A DNA stretch of 63,651 bases, the filler included, from Octopus bimaculoides (Eukaryota), in assembly GCF_001194135.2 (NCBI RefSeq). It is 7 parts of 7 records of this genome, joined end to end, with 100 filler letters (N's around TTAATTAATTAA, not from the genome) between each part and the next. Parts side by side here need not be neighbours in the genome. Positions count along the whole stretch, not along the records: positions 29,236 to 54,562 come from NC_068981.1; 6 more parts are not named here. One strand, given 5' to 3'. Numbering within the stretch: position 1 is the stretch's first letter; each line of letters opens with the position of its first letter. Below the pieces are notes generated by a model. It saw nothing but the letters and a program-made list of their open reading frames with translations, was not told the origin of the DNA and ran no database searches. This document shows positions 36,800-50,176 of the stretch, piece by piece. A program made the translations under genes and the position numbers.

Positions 36800-39700
36800 C
36801 AATAAAAGTATCTGTCAAGTACATGGCTTTAGATTCCGATATCTGATTCATGTATAATTTAGATTCCTATATGTGATTCCTAGATTCTTGTACCCTAGAT
36901 GTGACTGGAATTATAACAGAGCTCCCTCCCTATGTGTGACCTTATTGCCAGTGTGAAAACAGAAATTATACTGACCAACAAGTATTTATAATTTTTCTTT
37001 TCAATATGTAAGCCTTTCTCAACTGATCAAGTAGGGTTATGTAGACTATACTATGCTAGTGATGAAGACATATCCATAGTTTTCTTTAACTGTAAACAAT
37101 GATCAGACTTTTCTTCCTGTAAACATGTAAATTAACTCTGAGAGATTAACACTTAATTTCTAGAAATTATATCCCTTTTCCTTTGGATGTCACAATTACC
37201 TCCAGGTTTTTTATTTGTCTTTCTCAAATGAAGAATCAAATTTCAATTAAGAATTTTTTGCATACAGTATTGAATACAAACCCTTTAATTTATTTATTAA
37301 GAATAATTTTATCAATCCATTTGAGTTCTTTCCATGTAAAAGTACCCATGCAATGCCACATAAAAGCACCCAGCACACTCTGTAAAGTGGTTGGCATCAG
37401 GATGGGTATCCAGCCATAGAAACCATGTCAAATCATACTGGAGTCTGGTGCAACTCCCCAGCTTGCCAGCTCTGGTCAAACTGTTCAACCCATGCCAGCT
37501 TGGACAACGGACATTAAATGATGATGGATGATGACATGAAAAAATCGTTAGGTGCAGTCATAGCTGTGTGGTAAGAAATTTGCTTCCTAACCACATGGTT
37601 CTGGGCTCAGATCTACTGTGTGGAACCTTCAGCAAGTGTCTTCTACTATAGCCCCAGGCTGACCAAAGCCTTGTTAGTGGAGTTGGTACAAGGAAACTGG
37701 AAGAAACCTGCCTTATACATATATATGATGGATCTCCCATTGAAGGCAATGTATGAGTATTCAGTTTATGCTGAACAACCTGTAGAAATGATTCATTTAT
37801 GGTGATCAAATGTATGTGCTGTACGTTAGCTCACTCACTCCATCAAATCGACATTGCCTGCATAGGCATACAAGTGTGCCACACATTAGACAACAAAATG
37901 ATTGCAGAGAAACATGAAATGAAGTGTTTTGCTCAAGAACACAACTAAGTGTGTGTGTCAATGTGTTTTTGTTTGACAACTGGTGTTGGTTTGTTTACGT
38001 CCCTGTTACCTAGCAGTTTGGCAGAAGAGACTGACAGAATAAGTGCCAGACTTTAACAAAAATAAAGTAGTAAGGGCAAATTATTTACCAAAATCCTTCA
38101 AGGTAGTGCCCTAACATGGCTGCCGTCCAATGACTGAAACAAGTAAAAGTTAAAAGATAAAAGACTACCTTTTGTTCTTTTCCCACCTACATCTTTTCCT
38201 CATTCCTGTTTTTGTTTATTTTTACATTGTAATTCTCTTCATCTTTTCATATTTTATATCTTCTATGTCTTTTTTGTTCTCTTCTTATTCTTTCTGTTCC
38301 TTTCCATTTTTTTTACTTCCTCCTCCTGAAAAGTTTTAGTTGGTTTTATACAGTACTTTATTGTGATTAGTGTTGTAGCTATTTGTCTTTTTTATTTCCA
38401 TTTTCCCTTTCCTTTCTTTTGGTCGACTGCCCATCCTTCCTTCTTTCCTTCATTCTGCTACTTCTTTCCTTTTTTACTTCCTGCTAATCATAACTTTATT
38501 TCATGTCACTTAAAATATGATTCTTATTCATTTGGGACTGCTAACACCTCAAACATTTCATGTCTTCTTAACTATTCTTGGCTTAGAAAACAACAAAATG
38601 AAAAAAAAGAAAAGGAAAAAAAGAGAAATTTCTGTATTTTGTATGTTGGCTTCTTGTTTCTTTTCTTTATTTTTTCTGTATTTGTTTGCTTGTTTATCTA
38701 ACTCTGCAATTAAATGAAGGCGTGGTGGGGAGGAATTACCAGATGCTATTAAGTAGGAATTTGGCAATGATAGATGTATTCATTTTTATATCATATTTTG
38801 TGAAGAATAGCATTACTGGTTACAGGTTTCCAATGGGCCATTCATTAATTTGCTGCATTTGATGATGGTTATAATGACAATGAAGTGTAGGAGAAACTTG
38901 GGCAGGACAAACATCACAAAATATTTTGTTCAAAATATTATATATTTAAGTTAAAATTAAAGTTTAGATTTAAATTTAAAATTTAAACTGCGTTTTGGGT
39001 ATGTCCCTAGTAGTATGTCGGCAAAGCACATTCACTGCATATGACAACCTGGCATCATCCACAGAAATTGTGGAATTGTTGCTTGATCAGTGCATGATGA
39101 GTATAGTGCAAGTTGAATATAGTAGAAACAATGGATATGGAATGTATTTTAGATACAACAACTATCAACATGCTCTAGTTAAGTTTAAGAGTGAAACATT
39201 ACTTATGTAATGAGAAACTGGGTTACATCACCTAAAAACCTGCTTCTGCCCCATGGGGTGCACTGTAATTCATTGTATAGTTTTCCCACCTGCAAAATCC
39301 TCACCTCATCAAAACGAACACTCTACGTATCCGACAAAGCAAAGGGAATGAAGTTTATCTGTATATATCTTCATTAAAGAAGCGGGGATCCTTCTGGGTT
39401 GTTCTAGGTACATGTGTGCAAATCGGAATAAAAATTCAGCATTGAATATATTCCGTGTATATATTTGATTAATAAATTCAAAAAAGGATAAAAATCATTT
39501 ACAAGAATTTTATCAGGAAGCCAGTGTGTAAAAAAATTCATAAGGGAAATTTCTATTCCCAAGAATGTAATTATTCGTTTATATATATATAAGGGCATTA
39601 CTACAGAATAATGCCACACATCACATATATATATATATATATGTATATATAAAAATTTTTGTCATCATTATTTTTGTTTAATGAGCTCTTGTTGAGACAG

Positions 39701-40208
39701 ATTTGCTACTGTTGGTTGCTTTTCTTTTCGCCAGTCTTCACTTGTTTCCAAGCAAGATAATATTCCCCCCAAGGCCCAGACATGTTTTTCACGGAAGACT
39801 GGAAACAAACATCACCTGTATGGTGGTGATGCTCCTTTACAACATTCATGTGATGTCAAGACAAGAGTACACACACACACGTGCACAGATACAAACACAT
39901 ATATATATATACACAACAGACTTCTTCCCAGTCATATGGTTTTGGGTTCAGCCCCACTGTGTGACACTTTGGGCAAGTGTCTTCCACTATAGCTCTGCGC
40001 TGACCAAAGCTTTGTGAGGTTTGGCAACAAGGACATTCAGCTGTAGAAAATCTACCTCAACAAATTCCATCTGACTCATGGGAAAGTGAACCTTAAAATA
40101 ATGATGATGTTGATGATGATGGTTGCAAAGGTGGTGGTAGAAGGAGCAGCGATAATGATGATGACAAATGAAAACCTTATGAAATCTTCTGAACAAGCAG
40201 TTTGATAT

Positions 40209-40628
40209 CTCTTTACTCTTTTACTTGTTTCAGTCATTTGACTGTGGCCATGCTGGAGCCTTTAGTCGAAGAAATCGACCCCAGGACTATTTCTTTGTAA
40301 GCCTAGTACTTATTCTATCGGTCTCTTTTGCTGAACCGCTAAGTTACGGGGACGTAAACACACCAGCATCGGTTGTCAAGCGATATTGGAGGACAAACAC
40401 AGACACACAAACATATACACACACAAACATATACACACACATACATATATGTATATACATATATACGATGGGTTTCTTTCAGTTTCCATCTACCAAATCC
40501 ACTCACAAGGCTTTGGTCGACCCGAGGCTATAGTAGAAGACACTTGCCCAAGATGCCAGGCAGTGGGACTGAACCCAGAACCATGTGGTTGGTAAGCAAG
40601 CTACTTACCACACAGCCACTCCTGCACC
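40209..40628 (-). mobile_element. SINE family A
   Basis: Full-length copy. Confidence 0.88.
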
Positions 40629-41097
40629 CTGTCTGTTAATTTTTTTTTTTTTTTTTTTGCATTGGCTTATTTTTTATCTTGTTTCCTATTGACTTCTGTT
40701 TGTAATTCTCATACGTTGGATATGATTCAACATGTTTTAGCAGGCTCCTTGCATTAAATATGCCAACACCAACTTATATTTAATTTTGGAAGTTATTCGA
40801 TTATAGAATGAAATTTATCATCTTTGTTTAATTTGCAATTTTTTTTTTAATACATAAGACTCTGTGTAGGTGTGTGTGTGAATGAGAGGTGGGATGGTTC
40901 AACTAATGAATACATTTTTATAAACTCACATATGTCTTTGTATTGCCATAGAGCTGGAAGTCATTATAGCAGGTGTTCATGCAGGGTATAAACCACCCAA
41001 AGTTTATACAGTTCTGTATTTAAAGAGATGACGAATCATGTACATTATTTACATTATTTACATTTGACGGATATTTGTCCTCATCTTGTTTGTTGTT

Positions 41098-41143
41098 AAC
41101 ACAACATTTCGGCTGATATACCCTCCAGCCTTCATCAGGTATC
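41098..41143 (-). ncRNA. Hammerhead ribozyme motif in the inverted pLTR
   Basis: GATAC-CTGATGA-A-GGCTG-loop-CAGCC-GAAA-TGT-T-GTGTT. Confidence 0.7.
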
Positions 41144-41964
41144 TTGGAGAAATTTCGAACCTGGGTTCTCATTCCAGGAATGCTATGTATTAATGCTGGA
41201 CGTATTAATAAGACGCACCAAGTATGGATTCAGGACCTTCACTGAACAATACCTGAACTTCAATTCCCACCATCCATACAGTGTAAAGAGAGGAATTGCT
41301 CAGTGCTTAAAGCATTGAGCAAAGAATATAAGTAGCGATCCTGATACACACCATGAAGAAATGATCAAGCTCAGTAACAATCTATTAAGCAACAACTACC
41401 CCAAAAACATACTATCTACTCCAATTATGAAGAAAAGAGAGGATGAAACCAATAAACTGTCTACCCTATGTGAAAGGCCTCTCCAAAAAGATACAAAAGA
41501 TATGCGGCCCATATGACATCAGGACAGTATTCAAGATTAATACAACACTTTACAAATATCTCCTTTGGGTAAAATCACCAATAGAAGAGAATATGACCAA
41601 AGACTGCATGTACTCCATCCCATGCAGCTATGGTAGGTTATACAAAGGCGAAACATACCACCCCCTCAAAATAAGAATAGAGGAACGTCGCAAAGCTGTG
41701 ACATGAGGAGATACTGATAAATCGAGTATAGCTGATCATGTATGGAAAAATGGAAACCACCTCCCCCTGTGGGATGAAGTTAAAATAATAGACAGAGAAC
41801 ACCATTGGGAAATATGAAAACTAAAAGAAGCAGCACATATACTAGGACACAACAACCTCCTAAGCAGACTGAGTGCAGATATGAATAGCATATGAGAACT
41901 AGTATTAAGGAAGGATAGGAAAATATTAGATTTATAAGCCCTAAAATTCACTCCATAATTGCCC

Positions 41965-42036
41965 ACGAGCATATGGCATAGTGGTTAAGAGCATGGGCTA
42001 CTAACCCCAAGATTCTGAGTTTGATTCCAGGCAGTG
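41965..42036 (+). other. tRNA-like (Pol III A/B box) module inside the Penelope 3' region
   Basis: TGGCATAGTGGTTAAGAGC..GGGCTACTAACCCC..GAGTTTGATTCC; homologue at 33664-33735 (-) has CTTCGATTCC. Confidence 0.7.
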
Positions 42037-42104
42037 ACCTGAATAATAATAATAACGTTGAAAAATACCTTAAGAATGAGAACCCAGGTTTGAAATTTCT
42101 TCAA

Positions 42105-42150
42105 GACACCTGATGAAGGCTGGAGGGTGTATCAGCTGAAACATTGTGTT
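42105..42150 (+). ncRNA. Hammerhead ribozyme motif in the 3' pLTR
   Basis: GACAC-CTGATGA-A-GGCTG-loop-CAGCT-GAAA-CAT-T-GTGTT. Confidence 0.7.
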
Positions 42151-42781
42151 AACAACAAACAAGATGAGGACAAATATCCATCAAATGTAAATAATGTCCA
42201 CCCAAGGTTTGCTTGTTTGTTTGAACATCTCTCTTTCTTTCTCTCTCTCTCCCTCTCCTCATTTTGCTATTTTATGAAAGGGATAGAGACATACTGATAA
42301 TGGAAGCTGTGACTTTATACCTTTCCAGTGAATTAGCAGTGTAAGTGGGATGTGTCTTCTGTTATAATTCCATTCTTACCTAGGATACTTTATAAGGGAT
42401 ATATTATAATATTGCAGGTTGTTGTGTACACCATCAGTTCACTACTCACCTGTCAGTGAATAAATTACATTATAGGTTACTGCAGAAGAATCGTTAATTT
42501 TCACTATATCTTTATAAGAAGATTGAAAATGCTTACAAGTACTCAGGCTTTTTGTGTATCTAAGACTACATTATCCAATGTCTTTCCTTGTTTTCAGACA
42601 GTAGGTTCTAATTTGAGAGATTTTAACTGTTATTTCTAATAGATGAAGCGATTGCATTGACTAAAAGTTCCCAACACAGAGTCTTTTTACAATTTGAACT
42701 GTGTTCAAATTGTAAAAAGCAGCAGTGGAAAATGTACAATTATTTTGTTACAGATAATTATATATACATATATTTGCATTA

Positions 42782-43162
42782 TCTGTTTCAGTTCTTAGAC
42801 TGCAACCATGCTAGGGCACTGCCTTGAAGAACTTTTAGTCAAATGAATTGACCCCAATACTTGTTTTTTCCTTTTAAAGCCTAGTACTTATTCTGTCAGT
42901 CTCTTATTGCAAAACCGCTAAGTTACAAGGAATGTAAACAAATCAACACCAGTTGTTAAGTGGTGGTGGGGGACAGACACAAGCACACGGACATGTATAC
43001 AACAGGCTTCTTTCAATTTCCATCTACCAAATCCACTCACAAGGCTTTGAACGGCCTGAGGCTATAGTAGAAGACATTTACCCAAGGTGCCACACAGTGG
43101 GACTGAACCCAATCTGGAATCATGTGGATAGTAAGGAAGCTTCTTACCACACAACCATGCCT
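42782..43162 (-). mobile_element. SINE family A
   Basis: Diverged full-length copy. Confidence 0.8.
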
Positions 43163-45492
43163 GAAAAATAAAACTAGGAAAATGAATTATGTTCTTAATA
43201 AAATTGGCTTATTCAGTAGACAGGCTTTTCAAAAACCCTTGCGTCTGTGTGAAAATTAATTTAGATAAAATGAGCCTTGGATCTTGTTAAATTTCCAACC
43301 ATCTGAAGTTTTTCCAATTTTCACCAGATTGTTATTTTTTTTAAGTGCAGTTCTAATGTTGTCTTACATGCTGATGAAGAAAATAGCATTCATTTTCTCT
43401 AGAAATTAGTTTTAAACACATCATGTGTATTAATAGCAAACACATACTCAGCATTGCTTATGATTACATATAATAAATATATTTAGTGCTACTATAAATT
43501 TAAGACCATATTACGATATCTTGGTGTTCTAATTACAAACGAAAAGACCAATACCTCCCTACTACTTTATATGATACGTCGCCCTTTTGGTTTCTAGATG
43601 TTATGGTGTAGTTTAACAAAAATTTGGGTGCTATTTCTAGTAGGTTGAGAGACCGTGTAAAGGTTTCATTTTCATTGTCGTCTTTGCTTTCTGTGACAAT
43701 AGACAGTTATGACTTTCAATATGTTGGCAATGGATGTTTTCGATTTGCTAAAATTAACTTTAAATGCTTGTAGCTTCTTTATGATTAATTTCTGGTAAAA
43801 ATGACTGCAATGTTTATCATCAGCATGCAAAACTACATCAGAACTACATTACAGAAAATTTCTGGTGAAAATTTAAAAAACTTTAAGCGGTTGGAAGAAA
43901 TTTAACAAGATGCGGAGATTTTGATAATGAAGAGGTTGCGAACCTCTTTGTAGACTATCTTTCGTTATCTCACCAACTGGTTCTTGGACTGTAATGTGGA
44001 AGTAACGAAAATGTAAATTATACATTGGAGAGGTTAATCTATTCGAAAATAACCTGACAAGAAATAGTTTCATTAAAACTTTATTTGCCTGAAAAACTGA
44101 AAATTTTTGTTCCCACCACTAATTTATATAGTTTTGCTTTTCTTATTAAAAGCATACTCCTTAACCTTTTGTACAACACGTGAATTTGTCTGCTTCTTCA
44201 GCAGAAATAACTGGACTTTTTTTAACATTAAATCTACTCGAAAGGAAAAGCAAAAGTAAAATGCAAGCATGCAAAGAAAGTAAAATAAAATGTACTTTTT
44301 TTTTTTTTTTTTTGTAATTAATTAAACTGATTCTCGATAGTTTTAAGTGGATTAAGTCAGCTATTCGAGAGCTATTTATAACATTCATGCTGAAAAACAT
44401 GCGGAAATCCACATTTAAAATTGATTATTACTCACCAGCACAATCCAAACCACTGGCCCTCATTCAACCTCTTCTAATGATACTTCAATGGGCAGTATTT
44501 CATCAAAACCAACCCACGTCACACTCACACACTAATTGAGGAAAGAGAAATATTCAAAGNNNNNNNNNNNNNNNNNNNNNNNNNNNNNNNNNNNNNNNNN
44601 NNNNNNNNNNNNNNNNNNNNNNNNNNNNNNNNNNNNNNNNNNNNNNNNNNNNNNNNNNNNNNNNNNNNNNNNNNNNNNNNNGGGGTTAAATTTTTTTTTT
44701 TTTTGTGCCTCAAAATATTTCTAAAGTTAGAAAATCTGAACAGTAGACAGAATTCTGGACGTCTGACAAAAATACACAGTATTTATCATCTGGTAATATA
44801 GTTTTGACAAGCATGTGACAAAATTTACTTTGTGCATCATGAGATTAAAGAATAAAATTCAGTATATATGGACACCCTGTAATACATTATCAGTATCCAG
44901 GTTGTAAAGGAGGTGCGAAAAGTTTTGATAGTTTATCACATATCTTATTACAGTTTATTACAAATTAATAAAAAGTAAAAGAATATGTAAGTTGGTTGTT
45001 TTAATAACTTTATAACGCAAGCCCCATATCAAATCATTTGCAAAACAAGTGCAACTGGGGAATTGTTCCAAAATAACTTTGGGGAGTTAACGCCCTTATC
45101 GAGTCTTACCTAAGATAAATAGTTATGATACTGTATTTAAATGTATATCCTTAGAGAGAATTAATGTATTTACCTATGGGTTTCAAGCACTAAAACAGAG
45201 TTAGGTATATGTTGCTATGCAAAATCAATTAATTTACTGTAAAATGTTATAAACGTTATAAGAATTTATAAACTTTGGAGAGAACATGAAATCAAATACT
45301 AGCATGTAAATATTGGATTGAAAAACTCTTTTGGATTAAAAAGAAATTGAAGGGTGCCTCTGGGTAGAAGGCTTGTCATGTCTACAAGAGATGTAGGTTC
45401 GTGTCCCACAGGCAGCATTCAACTTTTCTATCCAAACAGGTTTTTAAACCAAATATTTACATCCTATCTTTAAGAGCTAGAATTTATAAGCC

Positions 45493-46022
45493 CAGACGTG
45501 GCTGTGTGGCAAGAAGCTTGCTTCCCAACCACATAGTTCTTGGTTCAGTCCACTGTGTGACACCTTAGCAAGTCTCTTCTACTATAACCTCGGCTGACCA
45601 AAACTTTGTGAGTAGATTTGGTAAACAACAACTGAAAGAAAACCGTCGTATATAAGTAATGGTGCAAAGCAGTGTTTACGTATAATCACAATTTAAGTTA
45701 GTTGAAATATGTTTGTCACATATTTCAACTGCTAAAGGCAAATACACTGCAGTTACCGTGGAGAAAAAACCTCTCGTGGTAAACATCGATGTGATATATG
45801 TGTGTGTGTGTGTTTTTCCCTACCACCATCACTTGACAACCAATGTTGGTGTGTTTACATCCCCGTAACTTAATGGTTCAGCAAAACAGAATGATAGAAT
45901 AAGCACTAGGCTTACTAAAAATAAGTCCTGGAGTCAATTACTTCAACTAAAACAACTTTTTAAGGTGGTACTCCAACACAGCCGCAATCAAAAATAACTG
46001 AAACAAGTAAAAGAATAAAAGA
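45493..46022 (+). mobile_element. SINE family A with an internal insertion
   Basis: Head at about 45495, tail TAAAAGAATAAAAG; about 130 extra nt in the middle. Confidence 0.8.
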
Positions 46023-46197
46023 ATTACTTTTAATATATATTTAGTTGCTGTCACCTATTTTATATGAATTGATGATTACCTTTTAGAAGCAGAATTACTA
46101 AAATGGACAATTCGAGTTTACCATTTCAACTTTCACATTTGTCAGTCAGTGTGACAAAACTGAAAGTGAAGATTTAAACTCAAAGATTACCTTAAAT

Positions 46198-46678
46198 CAG
46201 GGATGGGCAACATTTTGTCAACTAGGGGTCACATCGTGCCATTTCCAAGTGGGAGAGGGCTGCATGATAAAACACACATGCATGAAATTTTACTTGCCCA
46301 CTTTACACTAAATTTTTTGCAGTTCTTAATTTTAATTTGTCTTAGTATGAAAGTTTACATTAAGCTGGCATCTTTTTCATTATTTCCTAATGATAATAAT
46401 GATGAATACTAGTGTAAATAAATTATAGTTTAAAATATTGAAGTAAAAAAAAAAAGTTCATTGATAATTTATTAAAGAACAAATTTCATTATCTGTATCA
46501 ATGAGATTTTTGCACATTCATATTCCTCACCATATTTTCAATATTAGGTAGAATTTGAGATGTCGCTACTCTTAGGTTATGCTGAAAATGCTCATTAGTG
46601 AGTCTTGACTTAGTTTTAGATTTAACATGTTTCATTCTTGAAAATAGTTGCTCACATAGATAAGTACTACCTATTTCG
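46198..46678 (-). mobile_element. hAT (Buster/Charlie-type) transposase 3' remnant with TIR
   Basis: GSTYLCEQLFSRMKHVKSKTKSRLTNEH is the hAT dimerisation motif; TIR CAGGGATGGGCAAC. Confidence 0.85.
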
Positions 46679-47261
46679 TCTGTCTTCATGTTCAGAGATT
46701 AGATGCCACCGAGACCAATAAGGTTAATAATTGGAAAAGGATACATTATATAATGTAGTCCTACATATCGGTCAACCAGGTCTCATTGGCTTAACAACAA
46801 TGTGAGCAGGGATGTATTCTTAGATGGTTGTAATTCTGGAGAAATAAGGCTCGGAAAAGTTGTTTAGTGCATATCTAGTGCATGGAGGGACAGGTAAGAT
46901 ACTAAAAACTGAATGATCTCTTTTTTAATGTAATATGTTTCTTAAGCTTTCTTTGTGGCATCTGATGGATTTAACATTGCTAAACTTTTCAAAGATAGTT
47001 TTCCATCCATCCATCATTTTGAATCTGGGTTTTGTCCCCGTTAACAGGGGTGGCGAGATCTACCTCAATGCCATAGCAACCGCCCTCACACCTGTCTCAA
47101 GAGTTCTGAAAAGAATTATAGGTACTGCTTTTCCTCTTGACTAAAATATCAAAAAAGAAAAAAAAAACAAATGAACGTCCGACTTGTTAAATTAATGTTC
47201 AAGTGGCTGAGTATAAAACAAACACATTAACCCTTATAAACCCCTAAGGTGTAATTCATGG

Positions 47262-47697
47262 ATGTGGCTGTGTTAAGAAGTTTGTTTCCCAATCACATCC
47301 TTCCAGATTGAGTCCCACTGCGTGGCACCTTGGGCGTGTTTTCTACTACAGCCCAGGCTGACCAAAACTCTGTGAATGGATTTGATAGCTATCAACTGAA
47401 ATGAAACCCGGTTTATATGTATGTATATACATACATGCATTTATGTATGTATGCATGCACGCACGTTTGTAGATATATATGTATTTGTGCATTTGTCTCC
47501 CATCATTGCTTGACAGCCGGTTTGGGGTTTTTTTACATCTTCGTAACTTAGCGGTTTGGCAAGAGACTGATAAAATAAATACTAGGCTTTAAAAAAAAAA
47601 GGAAGTAGTAGGATCGATTTGTTCGACTAAACCCTTCAAAGCAATGCTCCAGCATGGCTGCAGTCCAATGCCTAAAACAAAAGCTTAAAAGGATAAG
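47262..47697 (+). mobile_element. SINE family A
   Basis: Diverged full-length copy. Confidence 0.78.
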
Positions 47698-48939
47698 TCA
47701 AAATCAAATTGACATATGTAACGATGCTAGTCTTTTAAATTACAAGATGGGCTTCTACACAATTTCCAGTTACTTATTCATTTTCATTCACACGGCTTGG
47801 TTTGACCCAAGGCTTCGGTAAAGACATTTGTCTAAGATGTCATACAGTGGCAACGAACCCAAGATCTCACAATTGCGAAATGAACTGCTTAATCACTGCA
47901 TCACTAAAGCTCTCGAAAAAGTCATGAGGACCATAACTTCTATTTCCCGTACATCTGTATTCAAGTCAATAGGAATAATTGTCCAATGATGGAGAGCTCC
48001 GATTACGAAAATATATGTAAAAATATGAGATAAATATCTACAAGAGCCATTAAATTTCATAAAATTAGTGTGTCAAGTGCAGGAAAGAGATTTTATAAAA
48101 TCGGTTTTATAATTGCTATTTTTTTCTTTTATTCCGCCTTTTATTTATTTTCAGTTTGTTTTTTTTATTTTTAGAATAGCGATGAGAATTGGTGAGCAAA
48201 TAAATGCCATAGGTACGATAACTATGAATGGTAGAGGTAATGAATCAATGTAACTCTGATATCGAAAAGAAATTTGGAAACTAAGTCAGTCATAAAGAGT
48301 AAGGAGGAAGTGAGCTTGGGATATGGGTGACTGTTGTAGCATTTTAATCTATGGTAGCAATGGGACAGGAAAGGAAATAGGTGTATGGTGGCTAGGAGGT
48401 GGATTAATGATGTCAATACTGTTATTTGGCGTTAGTTGACTAACAGACACTGAGGTAGTAGTGTTGGAGGTCATTGGTAACTATGGAGGTAGTGGTGATG
48501 GTGGTGGTCAATAATAGACTTTGAATTGTTAGCTCATAGACACATATACACGTCACGCACACACACAGCATGCATATATTTGTGTGTGTATAATTACATG
48601 AATGTATATGTGAATGCATGTATGTATGTATATCTATGTACGTATATGTTTGTGCACGCGTACAAATGAATGTGTGTTTGTGTGTGTTAAAATAAATCAA
48701 AGAAGAAAACTATCCCATCACCTTCAGACAATACTTGGACAAATTTCTTCAAGAGATACCAGAAACATTCACAGCTAACAGGGTTTGGTTTAATAAACTC
48801 GAAAATCAACTCAGCCTCAACTGCATCCGTAGCTCTGATAAAATTGCAAGTGCAGGCAGCCAAAGAAATCGCCTTCCATTTTTAATAATATTATTGAGTA
48901 TGGCAACTATCCTTCTCAAATCTATGTAGAAAAACAGAT

Positions 48940-49950
48940 CTTTTCTTGAAAGGAGGACGCTTCTGGGTTCAAGGTCGAAAAAGATGGTTTAACATTACTA
49001 CTCGCTGGTAATACTTTATGAGTTGAATCCAAATGCTTGAGTATCATTCAGAAACATCACAACCAAAAAATGGAATATCGAAAATACATCAGCCTGTGAT
49101 TTGAAAAATTCAAACTAGAAGGCTTGGGTAATAACAGAAATTTTCACATAAGTAGTTTGTTCCATAATCTTACCCATCTGTGAAAAGATATGGAGTAGAA
49201 CCTCAGGTATTGTTGATGTTTGATAATGTTCCAGGTCATAAGCAGAATTTTGACATTCTTCAAACTTATATTCTTGTCGAAGTAATATATAACCAAATTA
49301 CCAATTACTTAAGCCAAAACTATGGATCAAAATGTAATTTTCATAACACTTTCAGACAACATATCAAAGAAATAGCTGAGATAAACAATCTACCAGGTGC
49401 TAGTTATCATGGAGGTCATAGATAAAGTAGCGTTGTGGTGGTGCTGGTGCTGGTGGCGGCGGTGGTGTTTGGGTGGTGGGAAAAGTAACTAACAACCGCA
49501 TTAACAGAATTTGGAAGACGCTATAGCCAGAAGCATGCAATAATTTTCTAGAATTATACATAGAAATTGTACCAGCAGTCATCAGTGACATCGCTTTGTC
49601 TGTCTATGAAGGGAGAATATAAAATATCAACGCGAAAGATCTGCAAGAATTAACAGTTTCAATTTAAGAGTTAATCAACTGGAGAACAATATGAGTTAGT
49701 TCCGCAACGCTTTCAAAATTAATCTAAAGACCCTATCCGTACCAGTAATACCAGAAAGTATTCTTAGTACTGAATTCCTTAGAAACAATTAGCCAAAATT
49801 ACAGAAATCATTTTCCATTTCACTTAGGATAGCCCTGACTAGAAGTATAGTTGCAAGATAGAGAACTTCTAGACATCCTGCTCTGTTAATTGCTTTGTAA
49901 GAGAAGACTCAAAAGAATGAAAATACAGTCAGTATAAGATGCATTCTTCG
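48940..49950 (+). mobile_element. Tigger/pogo DDE transposase remnant
   Basis: GFKVEKDGLTLLLAGN, KAWV and VLLMFDNVPGH motifs across frameshifts. Confidence 0.75.
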
Positions 49951-50176
49951 AAAAACATTGAATGTGCAAGAAAGAACCACAACCCGGGTATTTATCCCAG
50001 AATTAGCCTCTTCAGCTATTCGCTCATTGCTTTTAATGTGAATTAACAATAAATCTTCGTACATGTCATTGAAGTTGATGGATTTAACTGTTTAATCATT
50101 TTATAACATATCTTTATTAAACTCAGAAATAATACATTTCTAAATCTCTGAGAGAGACTTAAGCAGTAGTGATGCG

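Larger units (their letters stand above)
41051..42197 (+). mobile_element. 5'-truncated Penelope-like element bounded by 124-bp inverted pLTR copies
   Basis: Arms 41051-41174 and 42074-42197 are reverse complements; the body encodes RT-thumb and GIY-YIG remnants (MYSIPCSYGRLYKGETYHPLKIRIEE). Confidence 0.9.

Noticed and set aside
41965-42036. Functional tRNA-Ser gene
   Set aside because: No complete acceptor stem or long variable arm; embedded in a retroelement, so reported as a tRNA-like module instead.
43365-43410. CTGATGA followed by a 7-bp stem and GAAA
   Set aside because: Three extra nucleotides before GAAA and no NUH or stem I. Similar isolated CTGATGA at about 21242, 27168 and 61229 also fail.
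43840-44130. Coding-like unique stretch
   Set aside because: Multiple stops in all frames and no recognisable domain or splice-consistent exon.
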